A stretch of 63,877 nucleotides of DNA, counting the filler, from Octopus bimaculoides (taxonomy: Eukaryota): NCBI RefSeq assembly GCF_001194135.2. It is 4 parts of 4 records of this genome, joined end to end, with 100 filler letters (N's around TTAATTAATTAA, not from the genome) between each part and the next. Parts side by side here need not be neighbours in the genome. Positions count along the whole stretch, not along the records: positions 1 to 26,958 come from NC_068987.1; 3 more parts are not named here. One strand, given 5' to 3'. Both the position numbers and the translations under genes were made by a program. The notes under the pieces were generated by a model. That model saw only the letters and a list, made by a program, of their open reading frames with translations, was not told the origin of the DNA and ran no database searches. How positions within the stretch are numbered: the stretch's first letter is position 1; every line of letters starts with the position of its first letter. This document shows positions 1-13,951 of this stretch, piece after piece.

Positions 1-6
1 GAAGAG

Positions 7-912
7 TTGGCGAAGACGTATTCAATGCTAACTCTTCACACACCAGAAATAATGATGTTACCCAGTTACCTTGGCCAAAAGGTAACAAGGGTAACAATAA
101 AACACGCACCTCCAACAATCGACACACTATGGTTGATATCGGCCATATGTGTTGATATGGACAACATAAACATACTGAAAATAAATGTTGGAGAAAGCAA
201 TTGGACGGGAAAAAACATACAAATCTTGTTTCACTCAAACGAACAAGAAATCAAAAAAATCCCACCATACATCCGTTTGGCAGGAAGCCAAAAGTTACAT
301 ATAGTGGTAGAGGGAAGGCGGCCTCGCTGTTACCTATGCAACAGCGAGGCACATCTGAAAAAGGACTGCCCTCTGGCGGCTAAACAAAAACAACACCAAC
401 AACAACAACAGAAGCAACTACCAAATACCCCCAACAGAACAACTTTACTACCAACACCACCAGCAACACAAAAAACAACAACAGAAATATTAGCAATAAC
501 CACAACAGAAAAGACAACAGAAACTGCAAAAACAGAAGAGAAAAAAAAAGAAAATTCCAAGACTGCCTCTCCCTCCCCCATATCACATACACCACACACA
601 AATAACAAGCAGCCAACACCAACAAAAACAGCAACACAAACACTCACAGAAACACACACAGACGCACAAAATTTGCCGTTACCTCTTTCTGACTCCTCAG
701 AACTCTCATCGGATGAAGAGAGTGGGGAGGAGTGGCAAATAGCTACGAAAGGAAGGAGGAAGCGCAGTAAGAAGAGAACAAAACAAAAGGCAAACACAAA
801 CAAAGCAGGGAGATTCACATCTCCCGAAAATACTACTAACACCAATAGTAATATACAAAAAACAATGCCTACCTCATTTGGTTTTGATGTCGCATGGTCA
901 AAATTCGCATGA
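7..912 (+). CDS. Gag-like ORF1 of a non-LTR retrotransposon (probably Tx1/L1-like), 5' end outside window
   Basis: 301-aa open frame with CX2CX4HX4C zinc knuckle CYLCNSEAHLKKDC (328-369), preceded by 'IVVEGRRPR' and followed by a Q/T/K/S-rich low-complexity tail and a basic patch (KGRRKRSKKRTK). No ORF2 follows. Confidence 0.7.
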   Translation: MAKTYSMLTLHTPEIMMLPSYLGQKVTRVTIKHAPPTIDTLWLISAICVDMDNINILKINVGESNWTGKNIQILFHSNEQEIKKIPPYIRLAGSQKLHIVVEGRRPRCYLCNSEAHLKKDCPLAAKQKQHQQQQQKQLPNTPNRTTLLPTPPATQKTTTEILAITTTEKTTETAKTEEKKKENSKTASPSPISHTPHTNNKQPTPTKTATQTLTETHTDAQNLPLPLSDSSELSSDEESGEEWQIATKGRRKRSKKRTKQKANTNKAGRFTSPENTTNTNSNIQKTMPTSFGFDVAWSKFA

Positions 913-1716
913 GTTATATAGACACTTTCAAATTTATTTGAATATTGGGCGGAATAGAGTACCTTCATACTCTTAACCGTGAAACGTCGTACTCAATTAA
1001 CTAAAGGCAGGTTTTTGCTTTTCTCTTCCGTTTTTTGTTCTGTGTGTGCCATAAATATCGCCATCCGTCAGAGAAAAAAATTTGTAGTTTGGAATCAGTA
1101 GTTCTTTGACTGCTATTTCTAAATTTTCAGTATGTTGGAGAAGCAACTCATGCTAATCCCTATATATTTATGNNNNNNNNNNNNNNNNNNNNNNNNNNNN
1201 NNNNNNNNNNNNNNNNTATATATTATATATATATATAATGAACTTGAGGGCATTGCTTCACTCTCTTATAATAATGACCTGCTGATTGATCTCCAGATAC
1301 CTTTCTTTATGAAATCGTATCGAGATTCTGCACTGTGATAATTTACATTTTTCAAAGCTGAGAATAATATAAATTTCTTTGAAAGTATTCCAGCGATGTA
1401 ACTTATATTACTTTATATTCTTCTTGTGACCACAATAAATCACCTGCCAACTGTTGTAATCAGATTTAGAGGCACCTACGCTAAATCTTAGCGCTAGCAA
1501 CACTGTATGTCAGTATAGCTATTTTTTTGTAGTAGTGACACACTAAGTATATAAGAAAAACTGCTATCTAATGTGGCTATAGGCATTTTGACGAAAGCAA
1601 TCTAAAGAGCTGAGAAAATCTGTTGCTGGCTAGAGAAACTTAATCCCAATCTTGTCAAAAGTAGTAAGAACAGACATGAATATAGTATATATGTTATATT
1701 TTTATTCATTTTAAAC

Positions 1717-1776
<60 letters not shown>

Positions 1777-1846
1777 GGTGGTGGTGGTGGTGGTGGTGGT
1801 GGTAATGTTAGTTGCGTCGTGGCAGCAGCAGCAGCAGCAGCAGCAT
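1717..1846. repeat. Compound trinucleotide microsatellite (AGT)n-(GGT)n-(GCA)n
   Basis: Seen directly. Confidence 0.95.
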
Positions 1847-2479
1847 CTGCCGTGGATGTTGCCTTTAAAAACTGACGAATAAACATTGATCGGGTCAATC
1901 TAAACATTTATAATTAGAGAAATACATTGACAAAAGAGAACGTATTGATTCTGTCAAACAGTAAAACACAAGGGTGCTAGGGTCAGTTACAAATCAGACA
2001 CTTAAATATTGTTCACATATTTAAATGACAGCTCAAAAGAATAATTGCGTTAGCATTGTCGGATTCTCTTGATGCAGTGCGCACGGGAGATCACATGTTG
2101 TTGAAATGGTATTCGAGTTGCGTAAGATTATTTCGAATTATGCTTTTATTAATGTAAATATGAATGTATGTGTTTGTCATAAAAAGACTATGGAGCCAAC
2201 GTCAGTTCCGACGATGATTATTCAACTGATCGAGCCGCAGAATTAATGAGTTAATGCAGAAGTGGTTGGATATTTTACAGACACATGTACTCTTAATTAG
2301 TCCGTCGGAAGAATTAACAAGTTTCAAACTGTGATGACGGTAGTACTTTGAATGTTTCAAGAAACTCGGCTCCTTGGTAAATAAGTGTTCTTATAATGTG
2401 GTATATCAGAAGATATATAAAAAAACAATGATTAAGAAAAGATGGCACCACTCATAGATCAGTTCCCATTGTTAGAAAA

Positions 2480-3480
2480 ATCATCTGTTTATCAAAGACA
2501 TTCCATTCAATGCGCAGGGGAACGATTGCAGAAATACTGGTAGCTTATGGAATTATCAAAGAGACAGTTGGCTTTGTGATGATGCTCTAACTGTACACTC
2601 GAGGAAACTTGTGCTCACAAGATGTAGCACTGGATTTTGATATTCATGCCGGTATTTTTCAAAGAGACACTTAAGCTTCATAACTGCTTAAAAAATGCCT
2701 GGATTGTATTTTATGTACACACATTGGCATCAACAAAGATTATGAATTTAAATTTGAGAAAGTTAAAAAGAAGAAATCCTGCAATAAAAATATCGGATGC
2801 CAACTATAGAGATGACCTTGCTCTTCTAGCTGACAATATAGAATTAGTAGAGAAAGTGTTACATGCACAGAAGATTGCGGCTGCATAAGTAGGAGTATAC
2901 TTGAATGACTATTAGACTGGATAAATGGGCTGTAACACATGTGAAAGCAGTACTCTGAATTGCACCAATCTGAGGATGGTTGATGACTTTAACTACTACC
3001 TGGGAAGCAACGTTGCTTCAGCAGAAAATGATGTGCAGTAAAAGATTGAAAAAGTGTGGTAAGAAGACTACGTGTTTCGGAACACTACTGGAGAAGTAAA
3101 AATGAAATATCCAAAAATCTCTTTCTCTGGAACACCACACATGAACATACAGGTATTGGCAGACTAAGAAGTATTGGCAGATTAAGTCGAAGGTATGAAT
3201 GTTGCTATGGAAGATCGAACATCTGGCATGGAAGAGTTGCATTCGTCCGGGCAAGTCGCCCGACTGCATGTAGACATAGGTGCGCTCCGCAACCTTATCA
3301 GTTATCATTACCAGAGACCATATTCCTAATAGGTCTTCGTGCTGACATGATTGTAATCTAGGATGCAGGCAGGGGTGATTGGCTTAGAAATCTGCTCAAT
3401 ACAACTGGGCGGCCAGAGATATGTGCCCGAAATATAGCAGACAAAATCTCCGTGGAAAATCATCTAACAAAATGTTCACG
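2480..3480 (+). mobile_element. Degenerate RTE-like LINE reverse transcriptase fragment
   Basis: Translates to FHSMRRGTIAEILVAYGIIKETV...NPAIKISDANYRDDLALLADNIELVEKVLHA (degenerate YADD) ...YLGSNVAS; several stops and frameshifts. Confidence 0.7.
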
Positions 3481-5769
3481 TTAGCGCTGGGGTTCTCTTA
3501 ACCGTGTACACTGTTTTGCAAGCAGCAGGTCTTGTTTCTGAGAATAATGTCTCCTGTCATATGCATAATCGGAGATCGCTCACAAAGTTCTTTAACTAAC
3601 CCTGTTGAATGTTTCCTCTTAACTATATTTTACAATTAAAATTTCCTTAGTATGAACTCTCTGTGTTCTTTTAGAAATTAACGGTGTCTGAAAGTCGATT
3701 GTATTAGATTTCATGTCTTGATATGATGTCCGATGGGATTCTTTTATATTTCCAGCAGTCATTAAGATTATAAATTCAACAGCATATTCACTCTTATAAT
3801 ACACAGGCGTGTTGCTTTGAACACTTTTATCGTTAATTATGTCTATCGAGTTGAATAAATATAGATAGATTTTTTAAGAGGTAAATAGTCTGTTGTTTAT
3901 TACCTGGCTGTTGTTCTCTGTGTGAGTGTATGTCTGTGCATATTTATGTGTATAGTGATGCTTAGTGACATAATCATTTCATCATATGCTTCTTCTGTAA
4001 GTGATGTTCTCGCTTATTCTGATTAAGCTTTTTTCATGTGTTATAGGAGCAATATAACAAAAACAAAAAAGAAAACTGACAACTTGCTGGATGTTTAGAT
4101 ATTAGATTGGAGGACCGCGCTATACGTAGTCATTTCATAAACATGCGTCAAACTGCATTAGACAGAAAACGATTCCTGAAAATAACGCATGAAATAGAAA
4201 TATGTATTGAAAGACTATCTGGAATAAAAATAACTATTTTCAGATGTGGATAAATATTTAAAACTGAGCCGAATAAATAAGCCAAACTTGTAGTGGTAAA
4301 TAATATCCTAAATGTAAACAAAACCTATTTTCATGAGATCATTTACAAACATTCATGACCAGATGGCTGTTAAAAAAGATTGATTCGTTATTTTCCCATT
4401 TGCTTACAATGCCAATGTATGTTGAAAATAAGGATTACCACAATCTTATTTGAATTGTTGGGAAGATGGTAGCGATATTAAGCCAGTAAATTGTATTCTT
4501 TACTGTAATTATACTGTTACGTATTCTTTTGTATGAAAATCCCGTTTTATCAGCACGTTCGTTTCTATATGGGTAAACAAGTACCGTAATCTAGAAATAA
4601 TCTCTCAGAGCCTACTATCCACTAGTCGTAATCTTTGAAACAATTAATTACTCTGACAGTCTCGTGAAACGATTTTCATTGTACAACGACGGTGTTTTCG
4701 CGAAGAAAGATAAGCTGTAAGGGCAGCTGCTGGTTTCCACTGAAAAAGAAATAGAAACTTACTAGGCCTGCTCCATAGAGAATGTGTTTCTTGGTGCAGA
4801 TATAAAATTAACACTGATAAATGGAGACCCTTCATATACAGATAAATCTCTTTAGGATCTATCACCATGTCGATATTCATCGATGGTTGGACCTTGATAT
4901 GTCGCAGCTTTACAAAGTTGTAGCAGAGACATTCACATTTATGTTGCTTGAGATGCGTGTAGTAAACATATACATGTTTGCATTTCTTCCAATTAGTTAA
5001 GCGTGAAAGTAATTATCAGATTGTTACTGAATATCTTAGTATAGATGGTATTTTCAAATAGCTATTTATATTCTGGGCTAATTATTCATTGTTTATTTCT
5101 ATTTCATGAGTTATTTTTAAAAACTGTTTTCTGTGTAGTATAGGTTTAAGCATGCTCCTGGAGTGATCGTAAATAGCTTCATTCTCCAACCTGATAAGTA
5201 ATCATCAAGAATGTTCTTAGCATCATTGCGTTATATTGCCTCTAACTATGTAGCTACCGTTATACAAAACATTTCAAAAGGAAAAGCAATTACTTCACTT
5301 GTTGCAGGGATATTTCATAAAATATTTTCCCCCTCACACACACGCTTTCTCTTTACTTTTTATCTTTTAGATTAATAAAATCCTCCTTCTTACAACGGAT
5401 TAAGCCAAATTCTTCTTTCACAAACTCTCATGTCATAAGATAATCTGATATAAATATTCCACGATGAAAATTTATCTATAATGTCTCAAAAGACAGTGTA
5501 AATCAGAAGTAAAGTAACGACCGTGTGCATGAGTATAAGCCTAACCCTTACAACGCCTAAAACCCTTAAATTTCCAATACCATTACTCAGATGGTTGGAC
5601 GTGATTAAGGAATATGTCTAGAGGCTCAACCCACCTTTGCGGATGCAGAAGGGCTGGAACGGGACCGCCAGCTATAGGGTTCCAATGGTAGATCTGTTCG
5701 GCTCTACGCACGATGACAACTCTGTGACCTCTAAACTGGGAGGTTCCCAGCTCCAATGAGAAAGAGCAG

Positions 5770-5782
5770 GGAAAAAAGGGAA

Positions 5783-5817
<35 letters not shown>

Positions 5818-5845
5818 GAGAAAGAGAGAGAGAGAAAGAGAGATA
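5770..5845. repeat. (GA)n-rich microsatellite
   Basis: Seen directly. Confidence 0.9.
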
Positions 5846-7536
5846 AACTCTTACAAATAATCAACTGTTCGTCATATATATAACACAGCGGAAACATGAT
5901 GGATTTGTTTCGCAGTAAGGACAAATTTCAGCATTATATGATTGATGATACGCTATAAATCTCGATCACAGACGCACATATTAACATGTACAAAAATAGG
6001 AATATTTATTTTATCTACTTGTTGCTGCAATGTTGTCCCAACACAAATGTGATCGATAATTCTTATGTAGGCAGTTCAAAGTTTAGCCTTAAGATATAGT
6101 TCTATTGTTAAAGATGTACCATAACACCAAACCCTTGAGAACCACAATGAACACTTCAATATACTATGAGCAGATGTGCAGAGTGTGTCAGATATTGGAG
6201 AAATTGCACGTTAAATTCAGTCGAATGTTCAATATAATTCTGTATATGTGTACATTCTGTTGATATCCAACATCAGCGAACAGCCGCTTTTTCACTATAC
6301 TTTTCATTAGTGGTGTTTATCCCAGTGTTTAGTTTATTGTGGTCATTCATATTGCGTTATTTTCTGAATTTCACTTGCATTTAATGGCTGTTTAAGTCTT
6401 GTGCTGAGGATTTTAGAAAGTTTTCTTTTTTCTTTTAAATAAAATTAAAAAAGAATGGATGCTGAAAAGAACTATACACTGAAAAGTACATGTATAATAA
6501 TTATCCATGCTTTCCACAAATACACACGACCTATCTAAAAGCTTGTGCAGATTATGGAGAAAATCAAACGTAGATGTACGATGAGAATGTTAAAAAATGA
6601 GTCCCAACGCACAGGTAAATGTACGGAGGTTGCTTTATTAGCAATAATAAGGTTCCAGAAACAGACATAACAAGAATTTATATAAATAATAACGTTTGAT
6701 AATAAAAAATAAAACATCGAACGCACAAGCTAAGATATGTTCTGCCATCCATCACAACAGAAATCATTACACAAAATCCACAAACAAAATATCCCAACAG
6801 GAAGGGCTATACCTACAAAGAATAAACCCTCAAATCAAAATAGAGATATCACAGGTTTTACATTCACAAATCCATCCAAAGTATTATGGCAAAATAAACA
6901 TAAAAATAGATATGAAGAATGAATACCAAAAGTTCAAATACAAAATAAAAACTATAAACACAAGGGATCAATAAGTCGGCTTCAATTATAAAATTCCATC
7001 AATCATCCATTTCACAATAAACATTGTAAAAATGCACATCACAATATATTAGCCGCAACTGACATTGAAAACATCTATTCGAAACTATAATGAAGATAAT
7101 AATTACAATGATATAAATGATGTAATAAATAAACTTGATTAAAAAGAAATCTATATGTTAAACATAAGCAAACTTTTACGAATTGAGTTTTGAATATACC
7201 AAGGTTTAACAAGAAAATCTTGCCACAGAAATAAATTTGAATATTTACAACTTACATTATCTAATGTATTATTTAATGTAATATCGAGGTAAATCGGATT
7301 AACTTCCAGTAGAGTTCGGCCCTACTCGGCAAAATTTACCGAAAATTAGCCGGCCAAAATTATATTATATAAAATTGAGATAAGAAAGGGTTCTATCTAC
7401 ATTTTGCTACATGGAGAAGAAAACGTCTAATTAATGAAACAGTTAACAGTAACTGGAAAACATTCCATCCGTGAAGGGAAAACATTCAGAAATTAAAACG
7501 AAAACAAGGAAATTATTTGAACATAACCAAGTAATG

Positions 7537-7870
7537 GGCGCAGGAGTGGCTGTGTGGTAAGTAGGTTATTTTACTATAGCCTCGGGGCGACCAAAGCCTT
7601 GTGAGTGGATTTGGTAGACGGAAACTGAAAGAAGCCCGTCGTATATATACAAATATATATATATATATANNNNNNNNNNTGTGTGTCTCCCACCATCACT
7701 TGACAATCGATGCTGGTGTGTTTACGCCCCATAATTTAATGGTTTGGCAAAAGGGATCGATAGAATAAGTACTAGGCTTACAAAGAATAAGTCCTTAGGC
7801 CAATTCGTTCGACTAAATGCGGTGCTCCAGCATGGCCGCAGTGAAATGACTGAAAAGAGTAAAAGAATAT
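7537..7870 (+). mobile_element. tRNA-derived SINE, family A, internally deleted
   Basis: GCAGGAGTGGCTGTGTGGTAAG head, core ACTATAGCCTCGG..GACCAAAGCCTTGTGAGTGGATTTGGTAGACGGAAACTGAAAGAAGCCCGTCG, internal (AT)n and tail GGTGCTCCAGCATGGCCGCAGT...AAAAGAGTA, shared with copies at 39074 and 41243. Confidence 0.85.
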
Positions 7871-7959
7871 CGGGGAGAAAAGCTTCAAATTTGTTCTTTT
7901 AATATCAATATATAACTTGAGATAAATTTGAGATAAACTATAAATAGAGCGGCTCAAAT

Positions 7960-8640
7960 AATAAAAACGTAATGCAACGTAACATCTCAAAATGAAAGGA
8001 AATTTAGACTACTATGAAGACAAGGTGGAATGAAAATATTCAACGCCATGTATTACAGAGAAAGGTAAGAAACATGTAATTGTACGGCAAGCGTTGTCCA
8101 GCTTAAAATGCAAGAAACTCTCCAGCACGATAAAGAAAATTAGGTAACTGGGATGCTTCAGGAGCTGACATTATCCAATAATTAATCAGTATTCATTAGC
8201 CTATAATCATTAAAGCGACGACAATACGTACCTGACAGATCACTAGAGGGAAAATAATACCGATTCAAACAATTACACTCGCACATAAAATACTCCCGAA
8301 AGCTCTCAACTCAATTACAGCTTTGTGACTTCTTTTCCTATCAACATGGAACACCCTTACAAGAATTCTTTATAAGACGCTGGTTATTGACCTAAATACA
8401 AACAACGTCTTACGGAAGAAGACAGACTAGCAATCAGATGGGATGCATTTCTTTATACGTTTGCAACTGGTGAGCTACAGCATAATATAAATCATCAAGA
8501 TATAAATCAGAACCTGACACACCTTCTCTGGATATAGGGAAAGATACATATAACTGTACAAATGCACTAATAAAAGCGTGTTAGAGAATGGGAATGTCAA
8601 AATGCAATTACAAAATCATCATCGTAAAGCAAAGAATGAT
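7960..8640 (+). mobile_element. Possible highly degraded Penelope-like element remnant
   Basis: Only a weak motif (MEHPYKNSL*DAGY, resembling the post-RT region of Penelope-like elements) in a stop-riddled A-rich tract. Confidence 0.25.
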
Positions 8641-8699
8641 AAAGATCTATTGTTGAGCTACTCGTTCTAAGATTTGAAATTTGGCCACCAGATAAATCT

Positions 8700-8932
8700 A
8701 TTCATTTATGTGTTTCAGTTATTTGACTGCGGCCATGCTGGAGCATCACCTTTCGTCGAAGAAATCGGCCTCAACACTTATTCTTTGAAAGCCTTGTACT
8801 TATTCTATCGGGTTTTTTGCCGATCCGCTAAGTTACGGGGGCGTAAATATACCAACGTCGTTTGTCAAACGATGGTGTTTGGGGGACATACACAAACGCA
8901 TACATACATATAAGTGTGTGTGTGTGTGTGTT

Positions 8933-8966
<34 letters not shown>

Positions 8967-9010
8967 CGTCTACCAAATCTACTCGCAAGGCTTTGGTAGG
9001 CCCAAGGCTA
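8700..9010 (-). mobile_element. SINE family A, minus strand
   Basis: Reverse complement of the family-A tail (GACTGCGGCCATGCTGGAGCA), (TG)n spacer and core (CTACCAAATCTACTCGCAAGGCTTTGG). Confidence 0.85.
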
Positions 9011-9019
9011 TAGTAGTTA

Positions 9020-9128
9020 CGCTGCGTAACTTAATGATTTGGCAAAACAGATCGATAGAATAAGTACTAGGCTTACAAAGAATAAGTCCGTAGGCCAATT
9101 TGCAGTGCTCCAGCATGGCCGCAGTCAA
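9020..9128 (+). mobile_element. SINE family A 3' fragment
   Basis: GATAGAATAAGTACTAGGCTTACAAAGAATAAGTCC...GTGCTCCAGCATGGCCGCAGTC. Confidence 0.85.
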
Positions 9129-11562
9129 AAAGGAGGAAACACAGTCCGGTGCTGGTTTGCAGACTTGCAGGTTGTTCAGGATTTGTATGTCTAAGCTAAT
9201 TCAACTAACTATAAATTGATAAATTCTTTCCCGATACTGCGAAACCAGTTTTGGCGTGTACGTGTATCTGTGTGTCTGGTTGTATGCGAATGTGTATGTG
9301 TATGTACATATTAAATACATTAAGTCGTAAAGTGATTTCCTTCAGTACCACTGCAAATCATCACACAACAATCTCATTTCGGAGTTTTACGTGAGGTCAA
9401 CAGAATTTTTTTTCACCTCAACACAAACCACAGCTAACCACATATCAAGATATGTCAGCATGAACCATAGACGAAATAAACTACCAGCGATACATCAATG
9501 CGTGCTCTAATGCTGTCCATGATGTTTCATATATTTCTGCATTAGGTCATGTTCTTGTGTACGAGGGATCCTCTCTACTTGCTCCTCACATTGTGGTTCT
9601 CGTTCTAAACACGATATATACACCGCCACCAAACCTGCTGCACTCAAGTTTGGAGATATCACTTAACATATCACTCACGTTTACCTTGAACAGTTCTTTT
9701 GAATACAAAATGAAAGCCCGTGCATATTTTGAAATTCACAGATATGCAACATTCCTACTTTGTTGTGCATATATGATACCTTTGGGCAGAAAATGCCTCG
9801 TGTTGCTAAATAAATTTGCCTGAGACTAACGACCATTCCAGGCGTTCATATTTATTGACGACATTTAAAATTTCTGAATAAATTTATTTGATAAAATGTG
9901 GATGTGGGTTTGTTGTTGTTGATGATAGGGGTGGTTGTGGTATTGTTGACAAATGTGTCGCTAGAATTTTCTGCATTGATGCTGCTGTGTATACAAATGT
10001 CATAATTTTCAGTGTATGCTTTTCTGCAAAGTAGTCTGTCAGTTTGTGTTCTTCTATATGTTAAAACTTCGTTATGTTGCTCTCATTTTCCGTATTTTTG
10101 CTTGGGTATACATTGTTAGTCACTATATTCTCCATGTTTGTAAACAAACAAGAAAATATTGCCGTAAGATAATATTCATTTTATGTTAATTTTTTTCAGA
10201 AACTCCAAGAATGAGAATAAAATTAAAATCTATTATTGCAAATAACTATCACGTCTTTAGATTACCTTTAATACATCTGCCATTTCATAGACCTAAATTC
10301 AAGAAACAAATACATAGAATTCAACACCTTTGTACAAAAGTGCATTTTGTTAAAAATATTTAAGAACTGCATTAAGAATACAAAAATAAAGAGGTAAAAT
10401 ATTTTAGAGGATGCATTTAGATTAACTGCAATGACCCACAGCACTCGACGTAAACTTTAAATGCAATAATGCTTCACATTCTGCAAGTAATGAAACATCA
10501 AATATAAAGGTAGAATAAAAGGGAAATGAAGAGAGATATATTCCATTATAAATGGAATATCTGTGTATTTCTTTGTATACTATCGCAAATTTCAGATGTT
10601 ATAATATCAATTCTTCATATGAAGATAAAAATATTTTGTTGAGGAGGGTTCCAGTTTATTATACGATCTCAGTATATTACCGATAGTATACACGCCGGCT
10701 AGATGAAAGACAAAATGTTTCCATAAAACATTTCTAATTGGAAACTACAAATAGTAATATTGTTAGAGAAGACAATATTCATGGGAAACTACTGTATTCA
10801 GAATATTATATATACAAATATATCAACAAATGAACATGCCAAGATAGAATTATATGAATAATGTATACTTCAGCGACAACATCAATAAGTAAAGTTATGA
10901 TGTAAGAGAAAAGCAATACTATATTCTTTTTTGGGCGCAACAGTCGAAATATAAAGCATAAACCTATCACACAATAGGGTACAAAGCTTGTGAAGAAGTA
11001 CATATCTATAACAAATAGAAGTTAATAATTTATAAAATAAAAGAAATATGAACATGCCACCTGTCTAAGATTAAAACCTACTTTGTACCCTTTCCTCTGG
11101 CACTTTCTGAAAAGTGGGTCCTCCCACAATTGCCCATGAGCATTGTTACCTTAAATGAAGCTGTAACGAGTCCTACTTTGTTTCGGAATTCATTGGTTAG
11201 CTATCGATAAAACCAGTCCACTGTTTTCAACGACCCGCTATCATTTGCATATGTTGTTATTCGTCTCCGATTCTTTCTTCAGTCAGTATTAAATATGTTC
11301 TCCTCTTAAAAGTTCCTTATGAAATCAACAAGTCTTTACCTACTCCTTCGGCTTAATGTGAAATTTATTCATGTCATTTTGAGCGTGTTTGTTTTAATGT
11401 ATATTGGAAACTTTCAATCTTTTATTTCCCTGTTGTCTAGGATTTCTTTTGTATCTTGCTTCTTCATTCATTGAGTGGAAATTTGGGCTTGGGGTACCCG
11501 ATGTCCTCGGCACTTACAATATATGGATACAGTACAAGTCGATGCCAATCAAGCCATGTAAC

Positions 11563-11733
11563 AGCTATACTCAGTGTTGCTAACGGTGCTGTTGTGACCC
11601 GTACAATAGAAGCACCACACTCCTATTTTTGTAATAGATACCAATTTTGTTCGGGATCCACATGGGTAGCAAGCGAGAACTTCTTATATCACCAGCTTGT
11701 TTGAACTAATTGTACTGTCAAACGTAGGATATA
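11563..11733 (+). repeat. Diverged direct repeat, copy 1 (partner 13774-13951)
   Basis: AGCTATACTCAGTGTTGCTAAC.GTGCTGTTGTGAC.CGTACA...GGATCCACATGGGTAGCAAGCG shared; both ORF translations contain AILSVAN.AVVTRT and SGSTWVAS. Confidence 0.85.
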
Positions 11734-13773
11734 ACTCCGAGATTGCGTTGTAATCCAAGGAGAAATGCTGATGCTATTACTGGAAACCTTTGTCCGCACT
11801 GGATCCATGGGTCCATTATGGAACTATCATCGTGATCTATGACCGTTGTGATTCCACTAAAAATGGATTGCGACAATGTCCCATTACACACTATTTCTTT
11901 AGCCTAGTGTTGACCTATGTGCTCGCGCCTCACTCTATTAGAAAAACATCAATTGTAATAATTGTTGGAGTATTTGCTATATACACTCAAATTAACGGTT
12001 TCCTTATTCTTTGATTTTATAATTTTGTAAATGCTTCTGCTTATAGCTCTTTCTGTTTAACATTGATGAAATAATGTATGCTGGCAGTTTATTCATTTCA
12101 CGAAGAGCGGGGCTTGGCTCTTCGATAAGCAGCAGAAAACCATGCGTTTCAGTCCAGTCTGATATTTCTTGGCAAAAATATAACTGTCAGATAGTAGTAC
12201 AGCACCGAGGCAATAAATGTTTTACCCACATTTGTCTGCTCTTTCAAGGACAGTTTACGCTTCCCTCATCAATGAGTGAGAGTGCCCACCATATTCGCGA
12301 TATTTCCTATCCACCAGTACGCCTGGTCCGAACAAGACTCTCAACAGCTTCGCCGGACCCCCAGTCCAGTGACAGAAACCGAGGCTGTCCAACATGGACT
12401 TGCCTCACATCTCCAATGTGTTTGAGATGATTATAGGGATGTCGGCCAGTCCACAGAATTATTTATACACGGGGAAAATATCTTCAAACACAACACTTTG
12501 TCAAATTGCTTTCCAAAGAATGAAAATCCAAGTTGGTGCTGTTTAGATTCCCTTTCCAAATATAGAGTGGGGCGGGGGAAAATTTAAATGCCACAAGACC
12601 TTTTGTAGATTGCATTGTGCCTGACGAAATGACTTTTAATATGTTGTTGCGACTCGATGTCATGTTATTCAGAAAATAAATTTCTGAGTCCCATCGGTTC
12701 AATGTTCCATCGCATCCGTGTCCCATCGCATCGATACTGAAGTTGTCAATTGATAAGCATGATTTAAATAATTGGATCAATTTAACCGAGTATGTTCTGT
12801 TCCTCCACTGATATTATATCAATGTGCCTGAATTAGAAACAATTATATTGTAGGGTACAAAGTAACGCTCGAGAAACCAAATTTTTTTGAAATATACAGT
12901 TATCGCTATATACATCATAGCTTTATACGATCGAATTTGTCTTTATACATAATGTATTCTTTTGAATGAAAATAAAATAATAATTTCACAGGAAACAAAA
13001 TATATCAAAAGAGTAATGATTAAAACTACTAACTAAAACTCTTCAGATAATTACAGGGGAGAAAGTTTGAATCGTATCGGAGTAAAGTGAAATTAATTAA
13101 AAAAGACAATGGCACGAAAGAATGCAGAACAATGAGATATGAACAATTGTATTCATTGTTAAATATATGGAACCACCCTAACTATTTGATTATGTATTGA
13201 ACGTTCTCACGGTCTTGTAAAACAATTCAGCAAATTATAAGAATTCTCCATAGAAAAATCAGGATGGTAGAAATGATATATACATTATAAGTATCATTGT
13301 CTCAACTCCGATACTGCATACGTAATATTTTCAGTCAACAGTTCGTAATTTCCGAAAACAAGTTATACGCTTTGGATCACAGGATTTGGTGAGAGGAGAT
13401 ATAAGCCTATAAAGACAACATCAAGTAAATCAACAGTGGACGATCATCAGATAAGAAAAATATCTATTCGTAGAATAGTAAAGAGAGTCGTATGATATTA
13501 ATGATATTCTGAAGATCAAACATACACTAGACAGCGAAAAAATTCCAGTTTCTTTAGTATTGAGCAGTTGAAAGCGGAATTAGTTATGGTACTGGGCTAT
13601 GTATGTAGCAGAAACCATATCAGTTCGCGGCTATCTATCTCACATGGGTAGTTGAAATGACGTACACACTATGGTATGTCTCTTCTAGTACTCTTTGATG
13701 TCAGCGTCTATTATATTTCCGTGAAGACAAATCTCTTTAAACCAATAAATACAAATACAAAGAAAATAGAATT

Positions 13774-13951
13774 AGCTATACTCAGTGTTGCTAACAGTGC
13801 TGTTGTGACTCGTACAGTAGCAACATCACACATCTATTTGTATAATAGATACAAATTTTTTTCAGGATCCACATGGGTAGCAAGCGGGAACTCCTCCTTA
13901 CATCACCAGCCTGTTTGAACGAATTTCACTGTGAAACATTGCTAGGATATA
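13774..13951 (+). repeat. Diverged direct repeat, copy 2 (partner 11563-11733)
   Basis: See copy 1. Confidence 0.85.

Noticed and set aside
330-968. 212-aa V/F/C-rich minus-strand ORF
   Set aside because: Antisense shadow of the A/C-rich ORF1.
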